Numbered from the stretch's first letter, positions 44,890 to 54,547 are shown. The stretch: 64,000 bases of DNA from a virus (IMGVR_UViG_3300033273_000374:64001-128000); one strand, 5' to 3'. Translations and numbers: made by a program. The notes: generated from the sequence alone by a model not told the origin.

Positions 44890-46914
44890 CTAGAATTTGA
44901 TGTTAATCCCTGCTGTAATTGAATTGCTTGAACCAAGATCAGTTTGTATTCTTGAAGCATTGACACCAATTGTACTACCATTATCCATAACAGTCTTGTT
45001 AATACCAACTGATGCTTCTGTTGTTCCATCTGTGTGATATAAACCAGTTATATCAACTAAATCAAATAGATTTGCAGTTGCACCAAATGTACCATAGTTG
45101 TACATGTCAGTATCGCCTGCAACAGTTCTTGCACTTTGTATTGATCCTGTTTCTGCGTATCCATCTAGTTTGGTGCGTCCTACTGTATACCCAACAATCG
45201 GTTGTATGATATAACCTTTTGCTTTGAACTGTAGGTTTACACTTGAATCTGTGCCACTGGTTGCTGCACTGTTATTGAAGTCACCAATGGTTCTAAGTGA
45301 TGTATAATCAGTCATAGCGTGAGTTGCTTTTAGAACAATATCAGCATTTGGAAAACTTTTACCAACCTTTAATTGTCCTGCACGAGTTGTTGCACTAGCA
45401 CGATCAGCACCATTTTTAATTTTGGTTTCAACTGCTGCAAAACCTGCACCAATGATAATACCACTTTCAGTTACTTTGGTTCCGCCTGCGGTAAAACCTT
45501 TACTGTCACCTTTCATGCCATTGTCAAACTTGTTCTTTTTACCAATAGCAGTAACACCATTAAAGTCAAGTCCTTTGATAGTGGCACTTACACTATCTTG
45601 CGCAGTTGCAATCTGATCAATGCGTCCTGTAAATGAACCAGGATCAGTTACAGTTGTTACGCTGTCATTGCGAACTACAGTCGTGCTTGTGCTTTCGCCA
45701 TCTGTAACAGTTTCACTACCATCACTATATGTTGTAGTTGTGCGATCAAAACTTGTAGTTGTTACATTAACTGGTGTTGTAACAGTTGTAGTTTTTTCTC
45801 TAGCAATAGTTTGTATAGCACCTGCTTCACTTGCTTCGTGGTGTGTAATGCTTGCTGTTAGTACAGGAAGTGTAGTACTTGTTGCTTCACTAGTGCTAGT
45901 AATAGTTTCTGTAGTTGTGCTAACAACTGTAGGTGTTGTACTACCAGTTGCACCACTTTCTGCTGCATCAGTAGCACTACCAACGTCCGACACTGTTCCC
46001 CAACTGTCTGTGGTTGTAGTGTCACCGCCACCAGCGCCGCCGTCAACAGCATCTTCTGCTGCATCAAATGCGCTTGGACCAAAAATGTATGCGTAACTTG
46101 CTGTTAGGATATCACCTGAGCTAACGCCTGTCCATGTCCAACTAATACCAATAGTATCGTCGCCGTTGCCGTATAATACATTGTTACCATCTGCGTCTGT
46201 ATAGTTTGTTCCGTTGTATGCATCAGCATCTGTTTCCCAACCATTGATACCTGCTGTTACGTTTGTATCTGTTGTGTAGATACCAAGTGCATAGCGGCTT
46301 TCAGTTGCTTCACTAAATGCAAGGTTTGTGCTTGGAATAACACCGTAGCCTAGCACGTTATCTGTGCTAGAACTGTCGCCAGGCATACCTTGGCTGTCTG
46401 GGTCAATGAACTTACCAAAACTTACACTGTCTGCATCTACACTCATTGTTATTGAACTTGTAACATCAATAAATGGCGTATTGTCTGCAAGACTGTAACT
46501 ATTGGTGATATCAAAAACACTTGATACTCCACCGGTCCAACTTAGTGTGTCAGTACCATCTGTAAGTCCATTACCATCGCCTGTAATACCTGTACTACCT
46601 GTGTTGTTGTTTGTGTAGTTAGTACCATCTACCTTAACACTAAAACCATCAAATGGTGATCCTGGTGTTAGATAGTCATAACTTGAATTAAATGTTCCTG
46701 TTCCATTTGGATCAAAAAGTAGTCCTGGGCTTGTGTTGCCCCCGGAACCAAATGTTCCCGTGTTACCGTTCACACCTGCTTTGACCCATTCGTTTTCAAG
46801 CACACCCATACCTGTTGCGGTTGTGCTCATACTACTAGTATCAGCCAACGATACGGTGGTCAGGCTGGTACTAGCAAGTAACGTCGCTAAAAGCGACACT
46901 TGCATGATTTTCAT
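44890..46914 (-). CDS. Secreted protein with Thr/Ser-rich linker and autotransporter-like beta-barrel
   Basis: Signal peptide (ATG 46914), Gly/Thr/Asp-rich passenger, amphipathic beta strands ending ...SITAGINIKF. Confidence 0.65.
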   Translation of the reverse strand: MKIMQVSLLATLLASTSLTTVSLADTSSMSTTATGMGVLENEWVKAGVNGNTGTFGSGGNTSPGLLFDPNGTGTFNSSYDYLTPGSPFDGFSVKVDGTNYTNNNTGSTGITGDGNGLTDGTDTLSWTGGVSSVFDITNSYSLADNTPFIDVTSSITMSVDADSVSFGKFIDPDSQGMPGDSSSTDNVLGYGVIPSTNLAFSEATESRYALGIYTTDTNVTAGINGWETDADAYNGTNYTDADGNNVLYGNGDDTIGISWTWTGVSSGDILTASYAYIFGPSAFDAAEDAVDGGAGGGDTTTTDSWGTVSDVGSATDAAESGATGSTTPTVVSTTTETITSTSEATSTTLPVLTASITHHEASEAGAIQTIAREKTTTVTTPVNVTTTSFDRTTTTYSDGSETVTDGESTSTTVVRNDSVTTVTDPGSFTGRIDQIATAQDSVSATIKGLDFNGVTAIGKKNKFDNGMKGDSKGFTAGGTKVTESGIIIGAGFAAVETKIKNGADRASATTRAGQLKVGKSFPNADIVLKATHAMTDYTSLRTIGDFNNSAATSGTDSSVNLQFKAKGYIIQPIVGYTVGRTKLDGYAETGSIQSARTVAGDTDMYNYGTFGATANLFDLVDITGLYHTDGTTEASVGINKTVMDNGSTIGVNASRIQTDLGSSNSITAGINIKF

Positions 46915-47041
46915 GTTCAATCTCTCTCTTCTTCCCTATCTCAGAGTGATTGAAAAAAAAACTATTTTATTTTTTAAGAGGTTATAAATTGAATGTTGGT
47001 ATGTTCCAGGATACGTCGCCTCTTATGCTTCGACTGTGTAT

Positions 47042-47380
47042 TTAGTTTTGTGTTACAGTTACTGAACATCCACCTTGCGTAGTGCAATATTGAGTTACTG
47101 TTGCACTAAAATTATCACCATTTTGGTAAACGTTAGTAGTTGTTGGTTGTGTTCCTGTTTGTTCTATTGTAAAAGTGTTATAATTGCCATCTTGTACTAC
47201 ATTAACTGTATTATAATTACCATTGACATAAACATCTAAATCGTTGTCTTGCCCATTTTTTTGTATAAGAGATAGTTCTATGCTATCTCCGTATGCCTCT
47301 AAGAATATATCATTGGCCCACACACTACCACCAAATAGTATTAGAACGATGCTACTGCTTTTGACGAATCGTGATAACAT
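47042..47380 (-). CDS. Small curlin-repeat protein (CsgB-like)
   Basis: Signal peptide, mature start NDIFL; repeats VNGNYNTVNVVQDGNYNTFTIEQTG...YQNGDN. Confidence 0.65.
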   Translation of the reverse strand: MLSRFVKSSSIVLILFGGSVWANDIFLEAYGDSIELSLIQKNGQDNDLDVYVNGNYNTVNVVQDGNYNTFTIEQTGTQPTTTNVYQNGDNFSATVTQYCTTQGGCSVTVTQN

Positions 47381-48479
47381 TGTTTGGTGCTGCTCCTGTG
47401 TCTAAACTCAATGTATAGTTCTCAATTATACTACCATTTTGATCAATGTTAAGTGTATAATCATAACTTTGACTTAAGGTTAATCTAATATAGTTGCCTG
47501 TGCCATCATCACGTATGACCACAAAGTCTGGATCTTGATTGAGTATTGAAATGTTTTTGTCTGCTTTGTAGCCAAATATTTCCTCTTTGGCAATGTCTGC
47601 AAATTCGCTTTTTAAAAGTGCTGCTAGTTCAGCGTTGCTGCGATCTAGTGCATCAAACAAAAACTCCAATGCCAATGGATCATAATCTAATTCTGTATAC
47701 CAAGTTTCTTTTTCGTCAATACCCAGTAAATCTTGATCCAATCCATCAAACTCTAAAAAATCTAAACCCAATACATCTACTAAATCATTGACTCTTGCTC
47801 GTTCTTCTTCTTCATCTATATATACTGGTTTGCGTACAATAATCAAATTGCTAATAAATGTTTCATCTGGATCTAACAGCAAGGGTCTCTGTGGAGCCGA
47901 ATCAACGGCGGAAACGGTAGTGGCTTGGAAGGCTTGGTTGAGAACTACCTGTCCCACATCCGACTCCACAGAGATTTCTCCAACTGTACACAGAGCTTTG
48001 CTCCCTATTTGTGTACAACTGGGTAACAGTATGACAGTACTTTGACCAATCTCATCAACACTCATACTAAAGTCTGTGCCTCGCACAGCAATAGTTGCAG
48101 TGGGAGTTCTGATCTTAATGTTCTGTCTTGAATTCTTTGCTATTTGACCACTGGCATATCTCACAGTGCCAAGTGCTGCTTTGATACTAAGAGCACCAGT
48201 CTTAGTATTAGGATCGTAAACAAACTCGTCTATGAGCAGTTTACTGTGTTCAGTGACATCCACTCTTGTGTCATCAACAAACTGTATTGAAGTACGACCT
48301 CTTGCTGTTTTAACAGTATCATAACTTTCTACATCTGTGCCTTTGTCCACCGTCAAAGCCTCGCCTCCTTTGCGTTCAATCATGGTATTGCCCTTTTGTT
48401 CAATAACATCACCTATAGAGGCAAGGCTTTGCGTGGTTGAGAGAACTAACAATGCTAGGGTTATGAATACTTTATACAT
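47352..48479 (-). CDS. FecR-domain protein
   Basis: DTVKTARGRTSIQFVDDTRV, IRTPTATIAVRGTDF. Confidence 0.85.
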   Translation of the reverse strand: MYKVFITLALLVLSTTQSLASIGDVIEQKGNTMIERKGGEALTVDKGTDVESYDTVKTARGRTSIQFVDDTRVDVTEHSKLLIDEFVYDPNTKTGALSIKAALGTVRYASGQIAKNSRQNIKIRTPTATIAVRGTDFSMSVDEIGQSTVILLPSCTQIGSKALCTVGEISVESDVGQVVLNQAFQATTVSAVDSAPQRPLLLDPDETFISNLIIVRKPVYIDEEEERARVNDLVDVLGLDFLEFDGLDQDLLGIDEKETWYTELDYDPLALEFLFDALDRSNAELAALLKSEFADIAKEEIFGYKADKNISILNQDPDFVVIRDDGTGNYIRLTLSQSYDYTLNIDQNGSIIENYTLSLDTGAAPNNVITIRQKQ

Positions 48480-48481
48480 TG

Positions 48482-49201
48482 TTAGTCGCTCTGTGTTATA
48501 TCAACATCAAAACTATCACCATTGATGGTTAGGTCAACAGTATTGTCATAGACACCACTTTGTGTGATATCAACAGTACCGCCGCCACCGGTGACATCTA
48601 AGTCAATGGTATGTCCTGCACTATCACCGTTGCCGTCTACATCGATTGTAACTGCAACACCTTCGTCGCTGTTTGCACTTGTTGTTGCTAGACTTGAACT
48701 GTTGTCAACAGCCACTGTGATATTAGCATTGGTACCATCTAAACTGGTGTTGATAATGTTGTTGTCGCCTGTGACTGTAAATGCCACAGTCGCACTATCA
48801 GCATCACTGGTTTCACCAATGTTGATTGTGTAATCGTTGTCACTACCGGTGTTTGTTACATTAAGTGTAACAGTATCACAGTTTCCTGCGGCTGAGCTAC
48901 TACACAACAATGCAATACTGTTGCTGTCACCTGTAATACTCCAAGTACCTGTGTAGGTTGCTCCTTTGATGGTTGCTGCTATGGTATTGTAACTACCTGT
49001 TTGGGTAATTGCAAATGTCATATTATCACCATTTAAGGTTACACCTGTAGTTGAAGTTCCGATTACGTTGTCCTGTCCATCTTGTGTGATATCTAAGTCC
49101 AAACTATCGCCACTTTGCGTAATGTATATGTCATTAGCAAATGTGACAGTTGCAAAAAATAGAATACTCAAGACAGCGAACAATTCTACTGCGCTTCTCA
49201 T
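48482..49201 (-). CDS. Curlin-repeat protein (CsgA-like)
   Basis: Signal peptide, mature start NDIYITQSGD; about 9 Q/T-x-G-x-x-N repeats (QDGQDN, QTGSYN, NTGSDN, VTGDNN, QSGVYDN). Confidence 0.72.
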   Translation of the reverse strand: MRSAVELFAVLSILFFATVTFANDIYITQSGDSLDLDITQDGQDNVIGTSTTGVTLNGDNMTFAITQTGSYNTIAATIKGATYTGTWSITGDSNSIALLCSSSAAGNCDTVTLNVTNTGSDNDYTINIGETSDADSATVAFTVTGDNNIINTSLDGTNANITVAVDNSSSLATTSANSDEGVAVTIDVDGNGDSAGHTIDLDVTGGGGTVDITQSGVYDNTVDLTINGDSFDVDITQSD

Positions 49202-50043
49202 TTTTTCTCTCCTGCAGTATTAGGCTTACCGTTAGGATAATATCCTATGACCTTGTTGCCATAGTATTTTCCTTTGAATTTCCAGAAGCCTTTAATTTCT
49301 CCCTGTTTTACTAGTTCTGCAACCGCTGCCTCGATTGCTGCTTTTACTGCATAACTAGTAGGTTCATTCACTGCATACCCTGCCTCAACCTCCAGGGCTT
49401 TAGTACCTAAATCAAGGAACCTAAATACATCTCCGCCAGTGCTATGGCTGAGAATTGTTTTTTGTGTGAGTACAGTGAGCAATATCTCACCTGTTTGCAC
49501 ACTTACAATGCGCATGGCTATTGTAATCTGATCTACTCTATATTGTGTGTTGGCACCAATGCCAAAGTACCTAGCACCAATACCACCTGATTGTGTGTTG
49601 CTGTCATACCCAACAACACCACCATCGATGAGCAGTCCAGCGTATTTTAATGCTTTGAGAGGACTTTTACCATCATTAAAGGTTTCTGCTGTACTGCGTA
49701 TGAGTTGTCGTTCTTTTGTAAGATTTTGTAGTCCACCACGTTCTAGCACTGTGAACCACGTTTCATTGCCTATGTTTTTTAAGGCCTCTATAACATAAAC
49801 TTCACTGCCTTGTGTAACAGCACTGCTCAGTTGACTAAAACGTTCGTTGGGTTTACGCTGTCCAGTTTTGTCTGTAAACTCGTAAACAGCAATAGGAATT
49901 TTTGGGCCATCTAGTTCTGGAATTTCTGCTATCACAGGAACAGGGGCTGGTGCTAGTTCGGGTTGTTTGTTCACGTCATTGTGTGCACCGCATCCTGCAA
50001 GTGCCAGACCAATGACGATGATTGGTAAAAGACGCTTGAACAT
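49198..50043 (-). CDS. csgG: Curli secretion channel CsgG
   Basis: LAGC lipobox; AVYEFTDKTGQRK, SSAVTQG, LERGGLQNLTKERQLIR, GGVVGYD. Confidence 0.95.
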   Translation of the reverse strand: MFKRLLPIIVIGLALAGCGAHNDVNKQPELAPAPVPVIAEIPELDGPKIPIAVYEFTDKTGQRKPNERFSQLSSAVTQGSEVYVIEALKNIGNETWFTVLERGGLQNLTKERQLIRSTAETFNDGKSPLKALKYAGLLIDGGVVGYDSNTQSGGIGARYFGIGANTQYRVDQITIAMRIVSVQTGEILLTVLTQKTILSHSTGGDVFRFLDLGTKALEVEAGYAVNEPTSYAVKAAIEAAVAELVKQGEIKGFWKFKGKYYGNKVIGYYPNGKPNTAGEKK

Positions 50044-50046
50044 TGT

Positions 50047-50493
50047 TTAAAATCCAAACCCTGACAGTGGAACTGTAAGTTCAGTCACTGTGCCATCTGC
50101 TTCTAAAATAGAAACTGTAATGGTGTCGGATGTTATGTCTTTGACCCAGTTAATGGTAGCACCTTCAATTTCTGCAGTGCCACTTGTAGCACCATCTTCT
50201 GTAAACATACCATCAACGAGACTTTTACTGATGTTAGCGTAGATTCTACTTTCCACGTTCTTAAGAAATTTTGCTAGTGTAGAATTCTCAGCTTCACGCT
50301 CTTCTTGACGCAATGCTGCTTCTTCTTTTTCTATTATTTCTTTTTTACGTGTGGTTTGTAATTGATCTATAGCAAGCACATGGTTACTGTAACCATTGCC
50401 GCTGAATGCAGGGTTCTTAAATCCAAACGTTACTTCGCTTGCTTGTGCCTGTCCAAATGCAAATACCCCCAACAATACAATGAGATATTTCAT
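50047..50493 (-). CDS. csgF: Curli assembly factor CsgF
   Basis: Signal peptide; ASEVTFGFKNPAFSGNG...LAIDQLQ. Confidence 0.88.
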   Translation of the reverse strand: MKYLIVLLGVFAFGQAQASEVTFGFKNPAFSGNGYSNHVLAIDQLQTTRKKEIIEKEEAALRQEEREAENSTLAKFLKNVESRIYANISKSLVDGMFTEDGATSGTAEIEGATINWVKDITSDTITVSILEADGTVTELTVPLSGFGF

Positions 50494-50508
50494 AGTTTAG
50501 CCCTCTCC

Positions 50509-50646
50509 AAGAGCCTTACTAGTTAAACGCCCACTCTCACCTAGGCTTTAGACCCCTAATCGAGACATCACGAATGCCAGCTGAGAACTAGTCTACAACC
50601 GGAAAAGTGATATCTCGAAAACGCCTAACTAACTAGAAGTCTCTCC
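50509..50646 (-). ncRNA. ~140-nt nested stem-loop RNA in csgF leader (unidentified)
   Basis: 12-bp helix 50607-50618/50560-50571; further helices CCGGTTG/CAGCTGG, TAGGC/GCCTA, CTAGTTA/TAACTAG, GAGAGACTT/AAGGCTCTT. Confidence 0.6.
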
Positions 50647-50700
50647 TCTTCCAGTAATATTTAGGTCAAATTGTAGTAGGATTAAAACTGTATATAATTA

Positions 50701-51786
50701 TTATTGAATTTTGGCTTTGTTGAGTGTGAGTTGAGCCCATTGCTCACGTCCAGCACCTGCTTGTGTTGGAACAATACTGATGCTGGTAGCATTGGCATGT
50801 CCACTGTTTCTAAATGCTGTAAGGTCTGCTGCATTCTTGATCATGCCTGATTTTAGATTTGGGAAGCTGATTAATAAAAGTGCATCAAAATCATCTCTGT
50901 CTTTATACCATGCAAAGTTTTGTTCTAGATATGCTTTTTCAATTACACCAGGATCTTCACTGTTTGCTATAGCATCAGCAACAGGTCCTGTAAAGCCTTC
51001 CATGTCCATTGTTAACAATTCAGTAGCAATCTGTTTGCGCAACTGTTTGTTTTCTGCAGCATTAGGTCCTGATATGGGTAAGTCTGCATTAAGTCCGTTA
51101 ATAAAACCTGAAAAACCTAAACTGCCACCTGTGCCGCCAATGTTTGCTACAACAGTTGGAATACGAGCTGCAAATTTATCTATCACATTACGTTTTGCTT
51201 TTTGTGAGCCACCACCATACCCAATGCGTCCACCTGCACTACCAAGTGCTGCTTTGAGTTCTACCTTGCCTATGCCGTCAATTTCTAAGTCACCTTCGCC
51301 ACTTGCAAGGCGTATTTTGTTACTGAGCATGGCAAGTGCAAACTCACCTGGGCCTTTTTGTTTTACACCTACTCCATAACGTGCAAGAGCAGTGAATGCT
51401 TTTACAGCAATTGGGTCGTTGTCAAATACAGCATTGAGGCTAGACAAAGGTTTGCTAAGAGCACCTATGTTTACAACACCGCCACCTTCTAGCCTTTTAA
51501 GGAATGCATTTAAACTTTTGTAGTCACTGTCTAGACCTGCAATGATCTTTGTTACTTCTTGTCTGTGTCTAGCAAGCTCTTGTTGGTTCATGTTTTCATC
51601 TGCACTAGGTGGTGTAAGTGCAGTTTCAATGTTTGCGCCAATTGTGCCTGTGTTTAGCAGTTTGTAGATACGATCCAACAGGGCAGCATCATCTGCATTA
51701 TCAGCACTGAGGCCAGAAATTTTAGCAATAATGTTTTGCTTTTCTTGTTCTAGATTGTCGTATTCAAACAGGTGCTTTAGTAACAT
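50701..51786 (-). CDS. Hypothetical protein with PD-(D/E)xK-like motif
   Basis: GPGEFAL...GDLEIDG..VELK; N-terminus MLLKHLFE; TAAATA at 51794-51799. Confidence 0.6.
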   Translation of the reverse strand: MLLKHLFEYDNLEQEKQNIIAKISGLSADNADDAALLDRIYKLLNTGTIGANIETALTPPSADENMNQQELARHRQEVTKIIAGLDSDYKSLNAFLKRLEGGGVVNIGALSKPLSSLNAVFDNDPIAVKAFTALARYGVGVKQKGPGEFALAMLSNKIRLASGEGDLEIDGIGKVELKAALGSAGGRIGYGGGSQKAKRNVIDKFAARIPTVVANIGGTGGSLGFSGFINGLNADLPISGPNAAENKQLRKQIATELLTMDMEGFTGPVADAIANSEDPGVIEKAYLEQNFAWYKDRDDFDALLLISFPNLKSGMIKNAADLTAFRNSGHANATSISIVPTQAGAGREQWAQLTLNKAKIQ

Positions 51787-51792
51787 AGTATG

Positions 51793-52491
51793 TTATTTAT
51801 CGAGAATCTCAAACGTAGGCCAACTGTAAAAATTGATTTGATCTCGACTGTGTTCTGTGCGTGTGCCAACAACTGTGATTGTGTTTTGTATTAGGCTCTG
51901 CCAGATGTTGCGAAATGGATTGTCCATGTCCATTTCAATTAGGTTTGCTCTGTTATTTTCGTCTTCAAACCAATAGCACAAATATTCTTTTCTGTCTTTG
52001 CTTTTGCTTATGCGTCTTGTTTTTTTGACATGCATACCTAAGAATGTAAGCAATGAACGTGTATCACGTGGACGTGTTGTTTGCAATTGTTTGTTAGTAA
52101 ATTCTTCAGTGTTGCACTGATACTTGATATCTTCTAGTGTTTTATCTTCCATGTACATTCTCGGTAGACTCATCAATTGTCTTATTTCAGTGGTAACATA
52201 TGTTTGTTTATTTTCGCTCAACAGTGCCAGCAGATCACGTCTAAAGGTGGTGTTTAACACACCCTTTATGCTATACATCATGTATTTGTTTTTATAAAAC
52301 TTACGTATCTCTTTTGCTTGGTAAACAAAGTCAGGCATTTCCATGTCATGATGTTCGCACAATTGGTTACTTGCTTCATTATCAAATATCATACGTGCTG
52401 GTTCTAAATCTAAATAGTGCATCAGCAGTGCAACTGCAATTGGATCGTAATCGTATTCACCGGGTTGACTGTTTAGGTCAAACAGCATCAT
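51793..52491 (-). CDS. Hypothetical protein
   Basis: 232 aa; ATGA overlap with guaC. Confidence 0.6.
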   Translation of the reverse strand: MMLFDLNSQPGEYDYDPIAVALLMHYLDLEPARMIFDNEASNQLCEHHDMEMPDFVYQAKEIRKFYKNKYMMYSIKGVLNTTFRRDLLALLSENKQTYVTTEIRQLMSLPRMYMEDKTLEDIKYQCNTEEFTNKQLQTTRPRDTRSLLTFLGMHVKKTRRISKSKDRKEYLCYWFEDENNRANLIEMDMDNPFRNIWQSLIQNTITVVGTRTEHSRDQINFYSWPTFEILDK

Positions 52492-53573
52492 TCAAAAATC
52501 CTGTTGTGTGTATCTACACACCTAATAAATGTTGCGCACTTAGGCAGATGTTTTAGTTTTGCAGCACCTACATATGTACAACTACTTCGCACACCTCCCA
52601 ATAGATCTTGTACTGTTTTTGCAATATTACCCTTGAAAGGCACTAGTACTTCTCTACCTTCGCTGCTACGGTAATCTTTGAGACCGCCAAAGTGTTTTTT
52701 ATTAGCAGCATCAGAACTCATTCCATAGAACTGTACAAACTGCTTTCTCTCAATGACATTCTTTTCAGTGTCTTTGTCAATTTCGTTGGTTTGATAAAAT
52801 TTAGTAATTACTTCTCCGCCGCCTTCGAGGTGTCCTGCGAGCATTCCTCCGAGCATGACGAAGTCTGCACCGCCCGCAAATGCCTTAGCAACATCGCCAG
52901 GGCAAGTACAACCACCATCTGCAATAATGTGACCTCCCAAGCCGTGGGCGGCATCAGCGCACTCAATGACAGCAGATAACTGAGGATAACCCACGCCAGT
53001 TTGAATACGAGTAGTACATACACTACCGGGACCAATACCAACTTTAACAATGTCTGCTCCTCTTAGTATAAGTTCTTGTGTTTGGTCTGCTGTTACAACA
53101 TTACCTGCAATGATTGTAATCTTAGGATACTCTTCGCGAAATTGTGCAACAAAATTTAAGAAGCGTTCACTGTAGCCATTTGCTACATCAATGCACACAT
53201 ATTTTATGCTACGTGTACCTGCGTTAACTGCACGGAACTTTGCAGCATCTTCGTCTGTGATACCCATACTGTATGCTGCGTATTCTGCCCTTTGCGGGTG
53301 AAATTCCGTAAAAAAATCTACCAGTTCTGCAATACTGTAGGTTTTAACCAAACAGGTAAACAGTCCTAGTTTGCCCAATTCATCTGCTATTTCAAACGTA
53401 CCAACACCATCCATGTTTGCTGCCATGATTGGAATACGTTCAAATGTTTGTGTGCTGTTTCTAAATGAGTGCATGCGTTCTAATCGCACTTCTTTGCGTG
53501 AACTGAGTGTGCTACGTTTTGGGCGTAAAAGCACGCCACTGTAATCTAGTTTTACATCCTGTTCTATGTTCAT
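52488..53573 (-). CDS. guaC: GMP reductase
   Basis: LLRPKRSTLSSR, AANMDGVG, CIDVANGYSE, GIGPGSVCTTR, FYGMSS. Confidence 0.96.
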   Translation of the reverse strand: MNIEQDVKLDYSGVLLRPKRSTLSSRKEVRLERMHSFRNSTQTFERIPIMAANMDGVGTFEIADELGKLGLFTCLVKTYSIAELVDFFTEFHPQRAEYAAYSMGITDEDAAKFRAVNAGTRSIKYVCIDVANGYSERFLNFVAQFREEYPKITIIAGNVVTADQTQELILRGADIVKVGIGPGSVCTTRIQTGVGYPQLSAVIECADAAHGLGGHIIADGGCTCPGDVAKAFAGGADFVMLGGMLAGHLEGGGEVITKFYQTNEIDKDTEKNVIERKQFVQFYGMSSDAANKKHFGGLKDYRSSEGREVLVPFKGNIAKTVQDLLGGVRSSCTYVGAAKLKHLPKCATFIRCVDTHNRIFE

Positions 53574-53596
53574 TGATATGCCCTTATGCTATGTTG

Positions 53597-53625
53597 ATAA
53601 TAGCATCTCTTGAACGCTGTGTCAA
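53597..53625 (-). promoter_or_regulatory. sigma70-like promoter of guaC
   Basis: TTGACA-17 nt-TATTAT with TGn. Confidence 0.7.
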
Positions 53626-53627
53626 GT

Positions 53628-53939
53628 CTATTCAGATGGTTCTAGTCTAACTTCAAGCGGAAACCCTTCGTTACGAGCTCGCAACAGTACCTCTACACCT
53701 TTCTGTTCTGCTATTTCAAATGGCATAACAGCAACAACACCTGCACCACTTTCGCTTATTTCCATTGCTTTATCAACTGCTGGATCTTGCATGTAGTCAA
53801 ATGTTGTCTGTAAAGTATCAATTACAAACTCAAAAGTGGTTTGGTCATCATTGAGATAGATAACCTTGTAATCACTAGGTGGTTGTAATTCAATGCTGCG
53901 TTCTCTTACTTGGGTTTTCGTCAATTCTTGTTGACTCAT
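53628..53939 (-). CDS. clpS: ClpS N-degron adaptor
   Basis: YKVIYLNDDQTTFEFV, G.GVVAV...EIAEQK, FPLEV.LE. Confidence 0.92.
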   Translation of the reverse strand: MSQQELTKTQVRERSIELQPPSDYKVIYLNDDQTTFEFVIDTLQTTFDYMQDPAVDKAMEISESGAGVVAVMPFEIAEQKGVEVLLRARNEGFPLEVRLEPSE

Positions 53940-53955
53940 TTTCACTCCTGTTGTA

Positions 53956-53983
53956 ACAGTAGGAGAGTTTCCCCTCCTACTGT
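53956..53983 (-). terminator. Strong hairpin between hsp20 and clpS (terminator or processing site)
   Basis: ACAGTAGGAG-GGGAAACT-CTCCTACTGT; no clear U-tract. Confidence 0.5.
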
Positions 53984-53995
53984 ACTTATCAAAAA

Positions 53996-54424
53996 TTAGC
54001 CGTCAATTGCAATCTTGCGCGGTTTCTTTTCTTCAGGAATAATACGCTCTAGTGCAATATAGAGCATACCGTTCTCAAGTTTAGCACCGTTAACGACTAC
54101 ATCATCTGCTAGGGTAAAATTGCGCTTGAACTTGCGTTGTGCAATACCACGATGTATAAAGCCAATTTTTTCATCATTGTCTTGTGGTTCGTGAGTGATT
54201 GTTAACACGCCTTCTGCAACTTCAATTTCCAAGTCTTCCAGTTTTACACCTGCTAGTGCAATTTCAATTTGGAAATTGTTACCGTCTTTTACAATGTTGT
54301 AAGGTGGGTATCCACTGCTGGTGGCTTGATGTTCTAGATAACGATGCATGTTATCAAACATACGATCAAAGCCTACAGCGTAAGGTGTTAGTTTATTGAT
54401 GTCGAGTGAAGTTAATCTTGTCAT
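53996..54424 (-). CDS. ibpA: Small heat-shock protein Hsp20/IbpA
   Basis: GFDRMF, YPPYNI, IEIALAG, HRGIAQRKF, LENGMLYI. Confidence 0.95.
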   Translation of the reverse strand: MTRLTSLDINKLTPYAVGFDRMFDNMHRYLEHQATSSGYPPYNIVKDGNNFQIEIALAGVKLEDLEIEVAEGVLTITHEPQDNDEKIGFIHRGIAQRKFKRNFTLADDVVVNGAKLENGMLYIALERIIPEEKKPRKIAIDG

Positions 54425-54431
54425 TTGTATA

Positions 54432-54449
54432 TCTCCTTATAAAGCAAGA
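54432..54449 (-). promoter_or_regulatory. ROSE-like RNA thermometer hairpin over hsp20 SD
   Basis: TCTTGCT-TTAT-AAGGAGA: U(U/C)GCU opposite AGGA with bulged G. Confidence 0.65.
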
Positions 54450-54547
54450 TTATATGTTTTAGACCCCCTAAGGCAGTCCAGTGTTTAGTGGCTAACCGTT
54501 GACCACTGCGTGTGTATTAAGGCACAACCCTCCAGAAATATTTATCT

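Noticed and set aside
50509-50646. Glycine or c-di-GMP-I riboswitch assignment for the csgF leader
   Set aside because: Only fragments match (GGAGAG, TCTCAG, GGGTCTAA); the core motifs (GCCGAAG; GGCAAAC with GNRA loop) are absent.
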